Positions 40,889 through 53,060 are shown, counted from the stretch's first letter. The stretch: DNA of 64,000 nucleotides from Candidatus Planktophila sp. (GCA_964203745.1 CAXNOC010000001.1:6430-70429), one strand, 5' to 3'. The notes: generated from the sequence alone by a model not told the origin. A program made the numbers and translations.

Positions 40889-42369
40889 ATCTTGAAGAGT
40901 TTCGTGCTTTTGCAAAGATCTCAAATGTAATTCCAGTTTCGCGGCGGCTATTGGCCGATGGAGAAACACCAATAGGGGTTTATCGAAAGTTAGCTAAGAA
41001 TGCACCGAATACTTTTCTTCTTGAGTCTGCCGAACATGGCGGAGCCTGGTCTCGTTACTCATTCATTGGAGTGCGAAGTGAAACTACTTTGAGTGAGTCC
41101 GATGGATTGGCATATTGGCAAGGGACGCCTCCTGCAGGTGCGCCATCTGGAATCGATCCACTTGAGGCGTTGCGTCTATCTGTAGCGCATTTAAAATCGC
41201 CAAAGATTGATGGCCTGCCACCACTGACTGGTGGGCTAGTTGGCTTTATGGGCTATGACGTTATTCGCAGAATTGAAAAACTTCCGCAGCTCTCCGTTAA
41301 AGATCTTCCACTTCCCGAACTTAGCTTCATGCTGACCAGTGATTTAGCAGTTCTTGATCACAGCGATGGAACTATTACCTTGATTGCGAACGCTATAAAT
41401 TGGGATGGCAGCGATGATCGTATCGATGAGGCCTTTGCCGCTTGCAATGAACGCTTAGATCGCATGCAGGTAGATCTGGCCTCTTCTCTGCCAGGAGAGA
41501 TTGCAATAATCGATAACCATGCTGAACCTACTTTTAACTCATCTATAACACCGGCTGATTTCAAGGCGAAAGTTTTGCTGGCGAAAGAGGAGATCGTTGC
41601 AGGGGAGGCGTTTCAAATCGTACTTTCCCAACGTTTTTCAATGACATGTGAAGCAGATGCCTTAGATGTATATCGAATGCTTCGATTAAATAATCCAAGT
41701 CCTTATATGTATCTCTTTCGCTTTGCAGATGACATCAATGTCGTGGGCTCTAGTCCAGAGGCGCTCGTTAAAATTCACGGTCGTAACGCAATGATTCATC
41801 CCATAGCAGGTACTCGTAAGCGTTCGGCATCACCGGAGGAAGACCATCGCTTAGGTGAAGAGTTATTAGCCGATCCTAAAGAGCGTGCAGAGCATTTAAT
41901 GTTGGTTGATTTAGGAAGAAATGATTTAGGTCGTGTTTGCACTCCTGGAAGCGTCGAAGTTATTGATTTCATGCACCTTGAACGCTATTCGCACGTGATG
42001 CATATTGTCTCTACAGTTACTGGAGTAATAGCAACAGATTCATCGGCAGTTGACGCGCTATTTTCAGTGTTTCCAGCAGGTACTTTATCTGGCGCCCCAA
42101 AGCCACGTGCGATGGAGATTATTGAAAACCTGGAACCAACGCGTCGTGGTCTATATGGGGGAATCGTTGGCTACATTGATTTCACTGGAAATATAGATAC
42201 ATGTATCGCAATTCGTACGGCGCTCATTCATGAGGGCGTTGCCTATGTTCAAGCTGGTGCAGGAGTAGTCGCTGACTCGGATCCAGACTCTGAGAACCAA
42301 GAGTGCTACAACAAGGCCGCAGCCGTATTGAACGCCATTGATTCGGCAAATAGATTGCGCAAGCCATAA
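40885..42369 (+). CDS. trpE: Anthranilate synthase component I
   Basis: [36 protein letters not shown] and GTLSGAPK. Confidence 0.96.
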   Translation: MNLEEFRAFAKISNVIPVSRRLLADGETPIGVYRKLAKNAPNTFLLESAEHGGAWSRYSFIGVRSETTLSESDGLAYWQGTPPAGAPSGIDPLEALRLSVAHLKSPKIDGLPPLTGGLVGFMGYDVIRRIEKLPQLSVKDLPLPELSFMLTSDLAVLDHSDGTITLIANAINWDGSDDRIDEAFAACNERLDRMQVDLASSLPGEIAIIDNHAEPTFNSSITPADFKAKVLLAKEEIVAGEAFQIVLSQRFSMTCEADALDVYRMLRLNNPSPYMYLFRFADDINVVGSSPEALVKIHGRNAMIHPIAGTRKRSASPEEDHRLGEELLADPKERAEHLMLVDLGRNDLGRVCTPGSVEVIDFMHLERYSHVMHIVSTVTGVIATDSSAVDALFSVFPAGTLSGAPKPRAMEIIENLEPTRRGLYGGIVGYIDFTGNIDTCIAIRTALIHEGVAYVQAGAGVVADSDPDSENQECYNKAAAVLNAIDSANRLRKP

Positions 42370-42540
42370 ATGAAGAGCTACCTTGCGATAGCAGTGAGTG
42401 CAGTCGTTTTGTTTACATTTGTCATTGTCGCCGGAAAGAGATTGAAACTTTCTTCGCGATATGAGCGTTCACCGAGAACTCTGAACTCTTGGAGCGCGTT
42501 AGATAATGGAATCGATCCAAGTGATGAGAAGTTTGTATGA
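42370..42540 (+). CDS. 56-aa minimal Trp-biosynthesis-associated membrane protein (TIGR02234-like C-terminus)
   Basis: Below the ORF-track cutoff: [56 protein letters not shown]. It abuts the trpE stop, ATGA-overlaps trpC, and keeps the SSRYER and WxALDxGxDP motifs. Confidence 0.8.
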   Translation: MKSYLAIAVSAVVLFTFVIVAGKRLKLSSRYERSPRTLNSWSALDNGIDPSDEKFV

Positions 42541-43322
42541 GCGTCCTGGACTCCATTATTGAAGGCGTGAGAGAGGATCTGGCAGTAAGACGCTTGCCAA
42601 TGGCACAGATCGCCGAAGCTATTGATCAAGCAGCGCCAGTGAACGACCCGCTCAATGTCTTATTAGCCAATGAGATGTCTGTAATCGCAGAAGTTAAGCG
42701 TTCATCACCGAGCAAAGGCAATCTTGCATCGATAACGGATCCAGCGGCATTGGCCGAGCAGTATGCCCTTGCGGGGGCAACGATGATTAGCGTGCTCACT
42801 GAACAGCGTCGTTTTGCAGGATCGTTAAATGATCTTGATGCAGTGCGCACACGCGTGCAAACTCCGATACTGCGAAAAGATTTTATGGTCGATGAGTACC
42901 AATTCTTTGAGGCGCGAGCACATGGCGCAGATGTCGTCCTTTTGATTGTTGCAGCACTCGGCCAGAATCAACTCAATGATTATCATCAATTAGCGCTAGA
43001 ACTTGGTATGCGAGCAATTGTTGAAGTACATACAAATGACGAGTTAGAGCGCGCATTGGATATTTCTCCACAAATCGTGGGCGTCAACTCGAGGAATTTA
43101 AAAACTCTCGATGTGGACCCACAAGCATTTGCTGAGTTAATCCCGCGAATTCCTACCTTCATTGTTCGAGTGGCAGAGTCCGGGATCTCAAAACGGGCCG
43201 ATGTGGAGTTTGCACAAAAATTTGGGGCGACTGCAATTCTTGTTGGTGAAGCCCTTGTAAAGGCCGGTGATCCAGTGGTTGCAATGCGCGAACTTCTAGG
43301 TCTAGGTAGGCTTGAGCAATGA
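42537..43322 (+). CDS. trpC: Indole-3-glycerol phosphate synthase
   Basis: [29 protein letters not shown] and AESGI. Confidence 0.96.
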   Translation: MSVLDSIIEGVREDLAVRRLPMAQIAEAIDQAAPVNDPLNVLLANEMSVIAEVKRSSPSKGNLASITDPAALAEQYALAGATMISVLTEQRRFAGSLNDLDAVRTRVQTPILRKDFMVDEYQFFEARAHGADVVLLIVAALGQNQLNDYHQLALELGMRAIVEVHTNDELERALDISPQIVGVNSRNLKTLDVDPQAFAELIPRIPTFIVRVAESGISKRADVEFAQKFGATAILVGEALVKAGDPVVAMRELLGLGRLEQ

Positions 43323-44515
43323 GCACTCACGATGTCGATCAAGATGGGCATTTCGGTCAGTACGGTGGACGATTTGTTCCAGAGGCACTAATTGGTGCCC
43401 TTAATCAATTAGAAGATACACATAATTCGGCGCAGAAAGATCCACTCTTTTTAGCAGAGCTTGCCGAACTCCATCGAAGCTATACAGGTCGCCCAAGCAT
43501 TATCACTGAAATACCGCGCTTTGCCGAACATGCCGGAGGAGCGCGAATAATTTTAAAGCGCGAAGATCTCAATCACACAGGCAGTCATAAAATTAACAAT
43601 GTTTTAGGTCAAGCCTTGCTTACTAAACGAATGGGAAAGACACGCGTCATCGCTGAAACAGGTGCGGGACAACATGGAGTTGCAGCAGCAACTGCAGCGG
43701 CTCTCATGGGACTTGAGTGTGTTGTCTATATGGGCGAGGAAGATATCCGTAGACAATCCTTAAATGTTGCCCGAATGAAACTTCTCGGTGCTCAAGTTAT
43801 TCCAGTCAGCTCTGGCTCCAAAACATTGAAAGATGCAATTAACGAAGCAATGCGCGATTGGGTGACCAACGTTGCAGATACTCATTATCTTATTGGCACC
43901 GTTGCTGGTCCGCATCCAATTCCAACGATTGTCCGAGATTTCCAAAAGATAATTGGCGAAGAGGCGCGCGAACAGGTTTTGGCACTGACTGGTGCGCTCC
44001 CAGATGCAGTTTTAGCCTGTATCGGTGGCGGGTCAAACGCGATGGGAATATTTCATGCCTTCATTCCAGATGCAGATGTGCGATTGATCGGTTTTGAGGC
44101 AGGTGGTGATGGAGTTGAAACTGGACGTCATGCCGCATCAATTAATGGCGGATCTGCGGGCGTACTTCACGGGAATCGAACTTATGTTCTTCAGGATTCA
44201 AATGGCCAGACCGTTGAGTCACATTCAATCTCAGCTGGATTAGATTATCCAGGAGTAGGCCCTGAGCATGCATACTTGCATGACATTGGACGTGCTGAGT
44301 ACCGCGCAATTACAGATGATCAAGCGATGAATGCATTTGCACTCTTGTGTAAAACTGAGGGGATTATTCCAGCCATCGAGTCGGCCCATGCCTTGGCTGG
44401 TGCGATGATCGTTGGTAAAGAACTTGGACCCGATGCCACACTTTTAATAAACCTGTCAGGACGTGGAGATAAAGATGTACAAACTGCGGCGCAGTATTTC
44501 GGTATCCCATTGTGA
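43319..44515 (+). CDS. trpB: Tryptophan synthase beta chain
   Basis: [35 protein letters not shown] and NLSGRGDKD. Confidence 0.98.
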   Translation: MSTHDVDQDGHFGQYGGRFVPEALIGALNQLEDTHNSAQKDPLFLAELAELHRSYTGRPSIITEIPRFAEHAGGARIILKREDLNHTGSHKINNVLGQALLTKRMGKTRVIAETGAGQHGVAAATAAALMGLECVVYMGEEDIRRQSLNVARMKLLGAQVIPVSSGSKTLKDAINEAMRDWVTNVADTHYLIGTVAGPHPIPTIVRDFQKIIGEEAREQVLALTGALPDAVLACIGGGSNAMGIFHAFIPDADVRLIGFEAGGDGVETGRHAASINGGSAGVLHGNRTYVLQDSNGQTVESHSISAGLDYPGVGPEHAYLHDIGRAEYRAITDDQAMNAFALLCKTEGIIPAIESAHALAGAMIVGKELGPDATLLINLSGRGDKDVQTAAQYFGIPL

Positions 44516-45315
44516 GTACTGCACTCGATGAACTTTTCATAAAAGTTCGCTCAGAAAATCGCGCCGCCCTCATTGCATATATTCCAGCTGGTTTTCCATC
44601 TCAAAGCGGTTGTGCGAAAGTAATTCAAGCCCTTGCTACCGCGGGTGTTGATGCAATTGAAATCGGTTATCCATATAGCGATCCAGTTATGGATGGCCCA
44701 ACGATTCAAGAGGCGGCAGATATCGCCCTTAAGTCCGGAACTGGTGCCACTGAAGTTTTCGCAGCCCTCAAAGTTGCAAGTGATACTGGAGTCGCTACTG
44801 TGGTGATGACCTACTGGAACCCGATTGAAAAATTCGGTGTCGATAATTTCGCACGGGCAATCGCTGAAAATGGGGGATCTGGCGTTATCACTCCAGATCT
44901 AACAATTGAAGAGTCGGCACAATGGCTGGCAGCAGCAGTTACTCATGGCATCAACCCGATTTATGTTGTCGCACCGAGCACAAGCGATGCGCGCCTTACC
45001 CAAGTAACTGCCAAGACCGGGGGATTCGTATATGCCGCCAGCGTGATGGGAGTTACGGGCGCGCGTTCAGGCCTGATTGTTAACGCCGAAGATTTGGTTC
45101 ACCGCCTCAGAGCGACAACCTCTCTTCCGGTTGCCGTAGGTCTAGGTGTTTCCACGCGCGAACAGGCAAAATCTGTAGCCGGTTATGCCGATGGCGTTAT
45201 TGTTGGCTCGGCATTCATTAAACTATTACTCAATGAACCCGATGAGGAGGCAGCATTGTTGGCTGTATCAGATTTGGCTAAAGAGTTAGCTGCAGGAGTT
45301 CGAGAGGGGCGATGA
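44512..45315 (+). CDS. trpA: Tryptophan synthase alpha chain
   Basis: [28 protein letters not shown] and DGVIVGSA. Confidence 0.97.
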   Translation: MSTALDELFIKVRSENRAALIAYIPAGFPSQSGCAKVIQALATAGVDAIEIGYPYSDPVMDGPTIQEAADIALKSGTGATEVFAALKVASDTGVATVVMTYWNPIEKFGVDNFARAIAENGGSGVITPDLTIEESAQWLAAAVTHGINPIYVVAPSTSDARLTQVTAKTGGFVYAASVMGVTGARSGLIVNAEDLVHRLRATTSLPVAVGLGVSTREQAKSVAGYADGVIVGSAFIKLLLNEPDEEAALLAVSDLAKELAAGVREGR

Positions 45316-45324
45316 AAAAATTTC

Positions 45325-45945
45325 ATGGCAATGGATAACGAGACTATAAACGAGTTAGTTACACCGAGTAGAAAAACCCCACACTTCAAGGCTTACATGA
45401 CAATGCTTGTCTCTTCATTTTTTAGTCTTGTTGCCTCCCTAGTCTTATCAATTGATGCAATCAAACTTGCCAAGGACGCCGACTCCCCACTGGCCTGTAA
45501 CATCAACTCGGTGGTCTCCTGCGCCAAGGTGGCAGTTTCATGGCAGTCCAATCTACTTGGATTCCCAAATGCGTTCCTAGGACTTATTTGCGAGGCAGTA
45601 GTCATAACGATTGCGGTTGCCGGTCTTTCTGGAGTTCAATTCCCTAAAAACTTTATGAGAGTTGCCTTGAGCGTCTACGGTATTGGGTTACTTTTCGCCT
45701 TCTGGTTATTCTCTCAATCATATCTAGTCATAAAAGCCTTCTGCCCATGGTGCCTCCTAGTTACTGTTTCTACTGTCACGGTATTTGGGAGCATGTTTAG
45801 GATTATTGCTCTCAACGGTGCTCTTCCACTGAACCCTGAAAGAACCTTGAAACTGCAGGAAAAGTTATTATCAGGTTGGGACGCCGTAGTTGTAACGGGT
45901 GTGTACTCCATCATCGCATTACTATTAATTTTTAAATTAATATAG
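45325..45945 (+). CDS. Vitamin K epoxide reductase (VKOR) family DsbA-oxidizing membrane protein
   Basis: Loop cysteines LACNINSVVSC, SWQSNLLGFPN and active-site CPWC. Confidence 0.92.
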   Translation: MAMDNETINELVTPSRKTPHFKAYMTMLVSSFFSLVASLVLSIDAIKLAKDADSPLACNINSVVSCAKVAVSWQSNLLGFPNAFLGLICEAVVITIAVAGLSGVQFPKNFMRVALSVYGIGLLFAFWLFSQSYLVIKAFCPWCLLVTVSTVTVFGSMFRIIALNGALPLNPERTLKLQEKLLSGWDAVVVTGVYSIIALLLIFKLI

Positions 45946-45986
45946 AGTCTCAAACAACTAATCCTTAAAACAATCTGTGGATTCTA

Positions 45987-46189
45987 ATGCGAGCCTTTGC
46001 TCCAGTTGACGTGGCTGCTTTGGCAATGCCGGTGCTATCGATCCAACTGAGGCGGGAAAGCTCCATAGGGGGTATCTCATTAAGACCCTGCACGAGTTGG
46101 GTGTTGCCATAGACCTCCTTTATATATACTTTTTCCCTTACGGATTACAATCAGTTGCAAAATTGACCACAGTACATGAGGAGATCTAA
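45987..46189 (+). pseudogene. Frameshifted remnant of a MauE/DoxX-family redox membrane protein
   Basis: GTTGAC-GT-GGCTGCTTTGGC reads VD[C, -1 nt]GCFG. The open frame 46013-46189 (GCFGNAGAIDPTEAGKLHRGYLIKTLHELGVAIDLLYIYFFPYG...EEI*) stops immediately before the dsbA ATG and has no start of its own. Confidence 0.65.
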
Positions 46190-46903
46190 ATGGCTAAGCA
46201 GGTAAAGGCGAAAAGCGGCGGGGATAATTTCACGCGATGGTTAGTAATCGGAATGGTTGCACTCGTAGTTGTGACAGGTGTCGTCTTTTCTCTCATGAGC
46301 TCCTCGACTAAGGCCAACGAATCTTTTGTCGCGCTTAAAGATTACAAACTTGGTGAAAAGGTAAGTGGAAGCATTGATGTCGCACAGGGTTCAGGATTAG
46401 TGCTAAATCCTGGTGGGTCAGTAAAAATCGATCTCTGGGAAGATCCGCAATGTCCAATCTGCCGAACTTTTGAAGAGGCAAATGGAGAGTACATTGAAGA
46501 GTTAGTGCGAACTAAAAAGGCGACAGTTGTTTATCACGCCCTTTCATTTTTAGGGGATGAATCAGTCCGTGCAGCAAATGCGCTGATGTGCGCCGCCGAC
46601 GAAGGTCACTATCTCGATTACCACAAAGCTCTTTATATTGTTCAACCAGCTTCGGAAAACTCAGGTTTCTTTACGGGCGAGAATTTAATTAAGATCGGTG
46701 ACTACATTGGACTCAAGAGCAAGAGCTTTACAGACTGCGTTTCCAATGGCTCAAAGGCCGATGTAGTAAAAGCTCAAGCGGATTCAATGCCAACATATAA
46801 AGTGACAGGCACTCCGACGGTTTTTATTAATGACAAACTATGGGTTCGCAAAGCCAACGGTTTTGATCCCTCTGAATTTCGATTCGCAGTAGAGGCTGGC
46901 TAA
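46190..46903 (+). CDS. dsbA: Membrane-anchored DsbA/MdbA-type thiol-disulfide oxidoreductase
   Basis: N-terminal TM, WEDPQCPIC, S.RAANA and cis-Pro loop GTPTVFIN. Confidence 0.9.
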   Translation: MAKQVKAKSGGDNFTRWLVIGMVALVVVTGVVFSLMSSSTKANESFVALKDYKLGEKVSGSIDVAQGSGLVLNPGGSVKIDLWEDPQCPICRTFEEANGEYIEELVRTKKATVVYHALSFLGDESVRAANALMCAADEGHYLDYHKALYIVQPASENSGFFTGENLIKIGDYIGLKSKSFTDCVSNGSKADVVKAQADSMPTYKVTGTPTVFINDKLWVRKANGFDPSEFRFAVEAG

Positions 46904-46906
46904 AAC

Positions 46907-47725
46907 TTGATCCGTTCGATTCCATCGCCGACAGTTTCTGCCTTGGAAATCGGACCGCTTACAATTCATCTGTACGCGTTATGTATCATCACTGGTATTG
47001 CAATTGCGATTTGGTTAGGCGACAAACGCTTTAGGGCGGTAACGCCCAATGGCACTTCAGTGGTGTCAGAGGTAGCAATTACTGCCGTACCTTTTGGAAT
47101 TATTGGTGGGCGCGTTTATCACGTCCTTTCCTCTCCCGATGCCTACTTCGGCAGTGGAGGTCATCCTTTGGATGCCTTCAAAATATGGGAAGGTGGACTC
47201 GGAATATGGGGTGCAATTTCGCTCGGTACTTTTGCCGCTTGGTTTAGATACCGTCAACTAGCAAGAAGAGTTCAGCTTCCAGCATTTTCACTCTTCATGG
47301 ATGCCTTAGCCCCTGGAGTTCTTTTTGCTCAAGCAGTTGGACGCTTTGGAAACTGGTTTAACATCGAGCTCTTTGGGCGGCCGCTAGATGCTCCCTGGGC
47401 CTTGTCGGTTCCACTCATTAATCGTCCGAATGGCTATACACAGTTTGCAACTTTTCACCCTACATTTTTATACGAAGCGCTTTGGAGCACAGCTCTAGCG
47501 ATTTTCTTAATTATTTTCGGCAAGAGGTTTCGCTCGGGGCAGGTTTTCGCACTCTATATATTTGGATACTGTCTTGGTCGTGTCGCTATCGAATCGATTC
47601 GAATCGATGAGGCGCATCACATATTCGGTCTCCGACTCAATGTTTGGGTTGGGATTTTAGTTGCCTTAGGCGCACTAAATATCTATCGGCGATTGGGTAA
47701 AGCTAGTGGCGGGGTTCTCGGGTAG
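46907..47725 (+). CDS. lgt: Prolipoprotein diacylglyceryl transferase
   Basis: IPSP, GGRVYHV, IWEGGLGIWG, AQAVGRFGNWFN.ELFG and HPTFLYE. Confidence 0.96.
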   Translation: MIRSIPSPTVSALEIGPLTIHLYALCIITGIAIAIWLGDKRFRAVTPNGTSVVSEVAITAVPFGIIGGRVYHVLSSPDAYFGSGGHPLDAFKIWEGGLGIWGAISLGTFAAWFRYRQLARRVQLPAFSLFMDALAPGVLFAQAVGRFGNWFNIELFGRPLDAPWALSVPLINRPNGYTQFATFHPTFLYEALWSTALAIFLIIFGKRFRSGQVFALYIFGYCLGRVAIESIRIDEAHHIFGLRLNVWVGILVALGALNIYRRLGKASGGVLG

Positions 47726-47735
47726 GCTATTTTCC

Positions 47736-48443
47736 ATGCCACTAAGAGCTGTACATGAACGAAATATGCAACACCGTACCCACCGTGCTGGCTGGCTTCG
47801 CGCAGCTGTTCTAGGTGCAAATGATGGCTTGGTATCAACGGCATCGCTCATGATTGGTGTTGTTGCAGCTGGCAAAAATGATTTTCTTGTAACCGCTGGA
47901 CTTGCAGGGATTACCGCCGGCGCGATGTCGATGGCAGTCGGTGAATATGTTTCAGTACGATCACAAAATGATGTTGAAGAGTCTGATCGGATACTTGAGA
48001 TTGAACATCTTGCAACCGATCCAGCGGGTGAGCTACTAGAGCTGCAAGACATCTATATCAATCGTGGATTAACTCCAGAGCTGGCAATGGAAGTAGCGAT
48101 GGCAATGCATGCAAAGGATCCACTTGCAGCGCACTTACGTGATGAACTTGGTCAACATCCCCATACAAAGGCCCGCCCAGTTCAAGCGGCAGTTGCATCT
48201 GCGATCTCATTTACTGTCGGCGGTCTTATCCCATTTGTGGGGGCATTTGCCCCAACTATCGGAGCCAAGGCGTGGAGCATTGTGGGATTTACAGTTGCAG
48301 GTCTAGTTCTCACAGGAATTGTCAGTGCACGAACTGCTGGAGCCAAAGTCGTCGGTACGACGCTTCGAGTCATTATCGGCGGCTGCCTGGGCATGTTAAT
48401 CACGGCCGGAATTGGTCAGCTCGCTCAAGTTGCAGGCATATAA
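47736..48443 (+). CDS. VIT1/CCC1 family Fe/Mn transporter
   Basis: WLRAAVLGANDGLVS, GAMSMAVGEYVSV.SQ and HLRDELG. Start uncertain. Confidence 0.92.
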   Translation: MPLRAVHERNMQHRTHRAGWLRAAVLGANDGLVSTASLMIGVVAAGKNDFLVTAGLAGITAGAMSMAVGEYVSVRSQNDVEESDRILEIEHLATDPAGELLELQDIYINRGLTPELAMEVAMAMHAKDPLAAHLRDELGQHPHTKARPVQAAVASAISFTVGGLIPFVGAFAPTIGAKAWSIVGFTVAGLVLTGIVSARTAGAKVVGTTLRVIIGGCLGMLITAGIGQLAQVAGI

Positions 48444-48548
48444 CCTCTAGTCAGAGCGGTATTTGTTGCTACTCTTTGCACCGCAACATCAATTAGCACC
48501 AGGGCCAAGGTTGTCCCGAAAAAATTCGACAATCGGAGCTCAAACGCC

Positions 48549-51500
48549 ATGGCCTTGCCTTCCAATTATCCACATGCACAGGGGCTTTATAACCCTGCCC
48601 AAGAACATGATGCATGCGGTGTTGCGATGGTGGCGACGTTAAACAAGATTGCAACTCACGAAATTGTAGAAAAAGCTCTTACTGCGCTTCGAAATCTTGA
48701 ACACCGCGGCGCATCAGGTGCTGAACCAGATAGCGGAGATGGCGCAGGAATTCTCATCCGAATCCCTGATCAATTCTTTCAAGAAGTGACAGATTTTGAT
48801 TTACCAGAAGCGGGAATGTATGCGACAGGCATCGCCTTTATAGAAAAAGGTGTTGATGTACGTGCTGAGATTGCCCGCCTCGCCGCTGAAGAGGGCTTAA
48901 AGGTTATCGGTTGGCGTGATCTACCAATTAACTCAATCTCTTTAGGTAAGACTGCCCTCTCAGTCATGCCAGAATTTCAACAAATATTTCTTAGTGGCCT
49001 AAAGAATGAAGATGGCCTTGTGCTTGAACGTATGGCATTTTGCCTGCGCAAACGCGCCGAGCACGCACTGTCACTTTACTTTCCTTCATTATCTGCCCAG
49101 ACAATTGTCTATAAGGGAATGCTTACAACGGGTCAACTTGAAGAGTTTTTCCCCGATTTAAGCGATGAACGCGTTGTCTCCCCACTGGCGCTCGTGCACT
49201 CGCGTTTTTCTACTAATACTTTTCCATCATGGCCACTTGCTCATCCATATCGCTTCATTGCACACAACGGTGAAATCAATACTGTTAAGGGCAATCGCAA
49301 CTGGATGCGTGCACGTGAGTCACTGCTTCAGAGTGATTTAATTCCTGGAGATTTAAAACGCCTCTTTCCAATAGTCCAAATGTCAGGAAGTGATTCAGCA
49401 TCTTTTGATGAAGTTCTTGAACTTCTATACCTTGGTGGTCGATCACTTCCACATGCAGTGTTAATGATGATTCCGGAAGCCTGGGAAAATCACACATCGA
49501 TGTCAGATCTTCGTCGTGATTTCTATGCCTTTCATGCATCTTTGATGGAGCCTTGGGATGGACCAGCCTGCGTAACTTTTACTGATGGTCATCAAGTTGG
49601 CGCAGTCCTTGATCGAAATGGTCTTCGACCATCGCGCTACTGGGTAACTAAAGATGGACTAGTTGTTTTGGCATCCGAAGTAGGCGTCTTGGACATCGCA
49701 CCTGAAGATATCGTTCGAAAAGGGCGATTGCAGCCCGGAAAGATGTTCTTGGTCGATATCGAGGCGGGTCGAATCATTGAAGATGAAGAGATAAAAGACT
49801 CTTTAGCAAATGCTGCTCCTTATGGTGATTGGCTGCACGCTGGAATGGTGAAGTTAAGTGAACTTCCAGCCCGTGAACACATCATCTATCCGCACTCATC
49901 AGTTCTTCGCCGCCAGCGCGCCTTTGGCTACACGGAAGAAGAGTTACGCATCCTGGTTACTCCTATGGCTCGCAACGGGATGGAAGCTTTAGGTTCGATG
50001 GGTACCGACACTCCTATCGCCGCACTTTCAAATAAACCACGTCTGCTTTTCGATTATTTCTCACAACTCTTTGCTCAAGTTACTAATCCGCCATTAGATG
50101 CGATTCGCGAAGAGTTAGTGACAAGTTTGGGAACTGCGATGGGTCCAGAGCATAATCTCCTTGATCCTGGTCCGTCTTCATGTCGTCAAATATCACTCGC
50201 ATTCCCTGTTATCGATAACGACGAACTTGCAAAGATCATTCATGTTAACGCCGATGGAGATCACCCAGGTTTGACTGCCCATGTCATCCGCGGACTTTTC
50301 TTTGTCGCCGATGGTGGAGATTCACTTCGCGCAAGACTCGATGAGATCAAGGCCGAAGTTTCAGCGGCGATTAATGATGGTGCACACATCATCGTTTTAT
50401 CTGATCGAGATGGTGATACTGAAGAGGCACCAATACCATCGCTTTTATTAACATCTGCTGTTCACCACCACTTAATTCGCGAAAAGACACGAACCAAAGT
50501 TGGTTTAGTTGTGGAAGCTGGCGATGTCCGAGAAGTCCATCATGTTGCACTTCTTATTGGTTATGGCGCAGCTGCAGTTAATCCTTATCTTGCAATGGAG
50601 AGTGCCGAGGATTTAGTTTTGCAGGGCGTTATTACCGGCATCACGCCGGAGAAAGCGGTTCGCAACTTAATCAAATCCCTTGGCAAGGGCGTATTAAAAG
50701 TTATGTCGAAAATGGGCATCAGCACCATCGCCTCATATACAGGTGCACAGGTCTTTGAAGCTATTGGACTAAGCGCCGAAGTTGTCGATGAATTCTTCGT
50801 GGGCACGACTTCGCGCTTAGGCGGAGTCTCACTCGATATTATTGCCCAAGAGACAATCGCCCGTCACCACATTGCATATCCACCAGGGGGAGAAGTGCCT
50901 GGCACTAAACGCCTTCCAATTGGTGGGGAGTATCAATGGCGCCGCGAGGGCGAACCACACCTATTCGACCCTGAAACGGTTTTTGCGCTGCAGCACTCAA
51001 CCCGTTCAAAGCGTTACGACATATTCAAGCGTTACACGAATCGAGTCAACGATCAGAGCACGCGTTTGATGACGTTGCGCGGACTATTTGCATTTAAAGA
51101 TCAAGAAGCGATTTCCATCGATGAAGTCGAGCCCGCTAGTGCCATCATTGCCCGCTTTTCTACTGGCGCCATGTCATACGGTTCGGTCTCACAAGAAGTT
51201 CATGAAACTCTTGCGATCGCCATGAACCGATTAGGCGCCAAATCAAATACTGGTGAAGGCGGAGAAGATCCATCACGTTATGTAGAGATGGAGAATGGCG
51301 ACTCTAAACGTTCGGCAATCAAACAAGTTGCATCAGGTCGCTTCGGAGTCACGAGTCAATATTTAGTTAATGCCGATGATATTCAAATTAAAATCGCGCA
51401 GGGTGCCAAGCCTGGTGAAGGCGGACAACTACCAGGCAACAAGGTCTACCCGTGGATTGCAAAGGTTCGCTACTCAACACCTGGAGTGGGTCTTATTTCG

Positions 51501-53060
51501 CCACCGCCTCATCACGATATCTATTCAATTGAAGACTTAGCGCAATTAATTCACGATCTAAAAAATGCAAATAAAAACGCACGCGTGCATGTAAAGCTCG
51601 TAGCTGAAGTTGGTGTTGGTACGGTTGCTGCCGGCGTGAGCAAGGCACATGCCGACGTCGTTTTAATTTCAGGCCACGATGGCGGCACTGGAGCCTCACC
51701 GCTCACATCACTCAAGCATGCGGGTGCGCCATGGGAGCTTGGTTTAGCTGAAACACAGCAGACCCTTTTACTCAATAATCTGCGCGATCGAATCGTTGTG
51801 CAGACTGATGGACAGTTAAAGACTGGTCGCGATGTTGTTATCGCAGCGTTGCTTGGCGCCGAAGAGTTTGGTTTTGCGACTGCGCCACTCGTAGTCTCTG
51901 GCTGCGTCATGATGCGTGTCTGTCACTTAGATACATGCCCAGTGGGTGTTGCAACTCAAAATCCCGAACTGCGCGTACGCTTTACAGGCAAGCCTGAATT
52001 CGTTGAAACTTTCTTCGAATATATCGCCGAAGAGGTTCGCGAAATTTTAGCCAGCCTTGGTTTCAAGACGCTTCTTGAGGCGATTGGGCACGTCGAGTAC
52101 TTAGAAACTAAGCGCGCAGTAGATCACTGGAAAGCAAGTGGCTTAGATCTTTCTCCACTTCTTGTGCGTCCAGAAAGTTCAAGTTCACTTCATAATACTG
52201 CGCGCCAAGATCATGGCCTTGATGCCGCCCTTGATAATCAACTTATCGAGCTCTCACAACCAGCGCTTATGAATCAAGAGTTAGTCCGAATTGATGTTCC
52301 TGTACGAAATGTAAATCGAACTATTGGAACGATGCTAGGTGCCGAAATCACCCGTGCCTACGGGGGAGCCGGACTTCCCGACGGGGCTATTGATATCACT
52401 TTGAGAGGATCGGCAGGCCAATCACTCGGTGCATTTATCCCAGCAGGTTTAACGCTGCGATTATTCGGTGATTCAAATGATTATGTGGGTAAAGGCATCT
52501 CTGGGGGTCGTGTAATTGTGCGGCCAGATACCGCCTCAACATTTAAATCTCATGAAAATGTAATCGCTGGAAATGTTATTGGATATGGCGCAACATCTGG
52601 TGAAATCATGATCCGTGGCGTCGTTGGCGAAAGGTTTTGTGTTCGTAACTCTGGTGCAACTGCAATTGCTGAAGGTATTGGCGATCACGGCTGCGAGTAC
52701 ATGACGGGGGGATACGTTGTCGTCCTAGGAAATACTGGTAGAAACTTTGCCGCAGGGATGTCAGGCGGCCGCGCATTTGTGTTGGATTTAGAGCCCGCAA
52801 ATGTGAATACTGACATGGTTGATGTCCTTGCAGTACCTGAAGATCAACGCGAACTCTTAAAGCAAATCATTAACAATTTCGCAGAGTGCACTGATTCGAT
52901 TGTCGCCCTTGAGATATTGAGTAATTGGGATGTCGCAATCAATCGCATCTCAATGGTGATGCCACGTGATTATGCGCGCGTACTTGAGGCTATGGCGCGT
53001 GCTACTCGTGAAGGTTTACCCGCTGACGCACTTGTTATGGAGGTAGCAGCTCTTGGCTGA
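48549..53060 (+). CDS. gltB: Glutamate synthase large subunit
   Basis: [35 protein letters not shown] and [13 protein letters not shown]. Confidence 0.98.
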   Translation: MALPSNYPHAQGLYNPAQEHDACGVAMVATLNKIATHEIVEKALTALRNLEHRGASGAEPDSGDGAGILIRIPDQFFQEVTDFDLPEAGMYATGIAFIEKGVDVRAEIARLAAEEGLKVIGWRDLPINSISLGKTALSVMPEFQQIFLSGLKNEDGLVLERMAFCLRKRAEHALSLYFPSLSAQTIVYKGMLTTGQLEEFFPDLSDERVVSPLALVHSRFSTNTFPSWPLAHPYRFIAHNGEINTVKGNRNWMRARESLLQSDLIPGDLKRLFPIVQMSGSDSASFDEVLELLYLGGRSLPHAVLMMIPEAWENHTSMSDLRRDFYAFHASLMEPWDGPACVTFTDGHQVGAVLDRNGLRPSRYWVTKDGLVVLASEVGVLDIAPEDIVRKGRLQPGKMFLVDIEAGRIIEDEEIKDSLANAAPYGDWLHAGMVKLSELPAREHIIYPHSSVLRRQRAFGYTEEELRILVTPMARNGMEALGSMGTDTPIAALSNKPRLLFDYFSQLFAQVTNPPLDAIREELVTSLGTAMGPEHNLLDPGPSSCRQISLAFPVIDNDELAKIIHVNADGDHPGLTAHVIRGLFFVADGGDSLRARLDEIKAEVSAAINDGAHIIVLSDRDGDTEEAPIPSLLLTSAVHHHLIREKTRTKVGLVVEAGDVREVHHVALLIGYGAAAVNPYLAMESAEDLVLQGVITGITPEKAVRNLIKSLGKGVLKVMSKMGISTIASYTGAQVFEAIGLSAEVVDEFFVGTTSRLGGVSLDIIAQETIARHHIAYPPGGEVPGTKRLPIGGEYQWRREGEPHLFDPETVFALQHSTRSKRYDIFKRYTNRVNDQSTRLMTLRGLFAFKDQEAISIDEVEPASAIIARFSTGAMSYGSVSQEVHETLAIAMNRLGAKSNTGEGGEDPSRYVEMENGDSKRSAIKQVASGRFGVTSQYLVNADDIQIKIAQGAKPGEGGQLPGNKVYPWIAKVRYSTPGVGLISPPPHHDIYSIEDLAQLIHDLKNANKNARVHVKLVAEVGVGTVAAGVSKAHADVVLISGHDGGTGASPLTSLKHAGAPWELGLAETQQTLLLNNLRDRIVVQTDGQLKTGRDVVIAALLGAEEFGFATAPLVVSGCVMMRVCHLDTCPVGVATQNPELRVRFTGKPEFVETFFEYIAEEVREILASLGFKTLLEAIGHVEYLETKRAVDHWKASGLDLSPLLVRPESSSSLHNTARQDHGLDAALDNQLIELSQPALMNQELVRIDVPVRNVNRTIGTMLGAEITRAYGGAGLPDGAIDITLRGSAGQSLGAFIPAGLTLRLFGDSNDYVGKGISGGRVIVRPDTASTFKSHENVIAGNVIGYGATSGEIMIRGVVGERFCVRNSGATAIAEGIGDHGCEYMTGGYVVVLGNTGRNFAAGMSGGRAFVLDLEPANVNTDMVDVLAVPEDQRELLKQIINNFAECTDSIVALEILSNWDVAINRISMVMPRDYARVLEAMARATREGLPADALVMEVAALG

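Noticed and set aside
35447-45315. Missing hisG, hisE, trpD, trpG and trpF
   Set aside because: These are normally located elsewhere in Actinobacteria, and PriA covers TrpF.
45958-46110. 50-aa minus-strand ORF (MATPNSCRV...) preceded by AAGGAGG
   Set aside because: The SD is only 3 nt from the ATG, there is no recognisable motif, and the plus-strand MauE-like remnant explains the region better.
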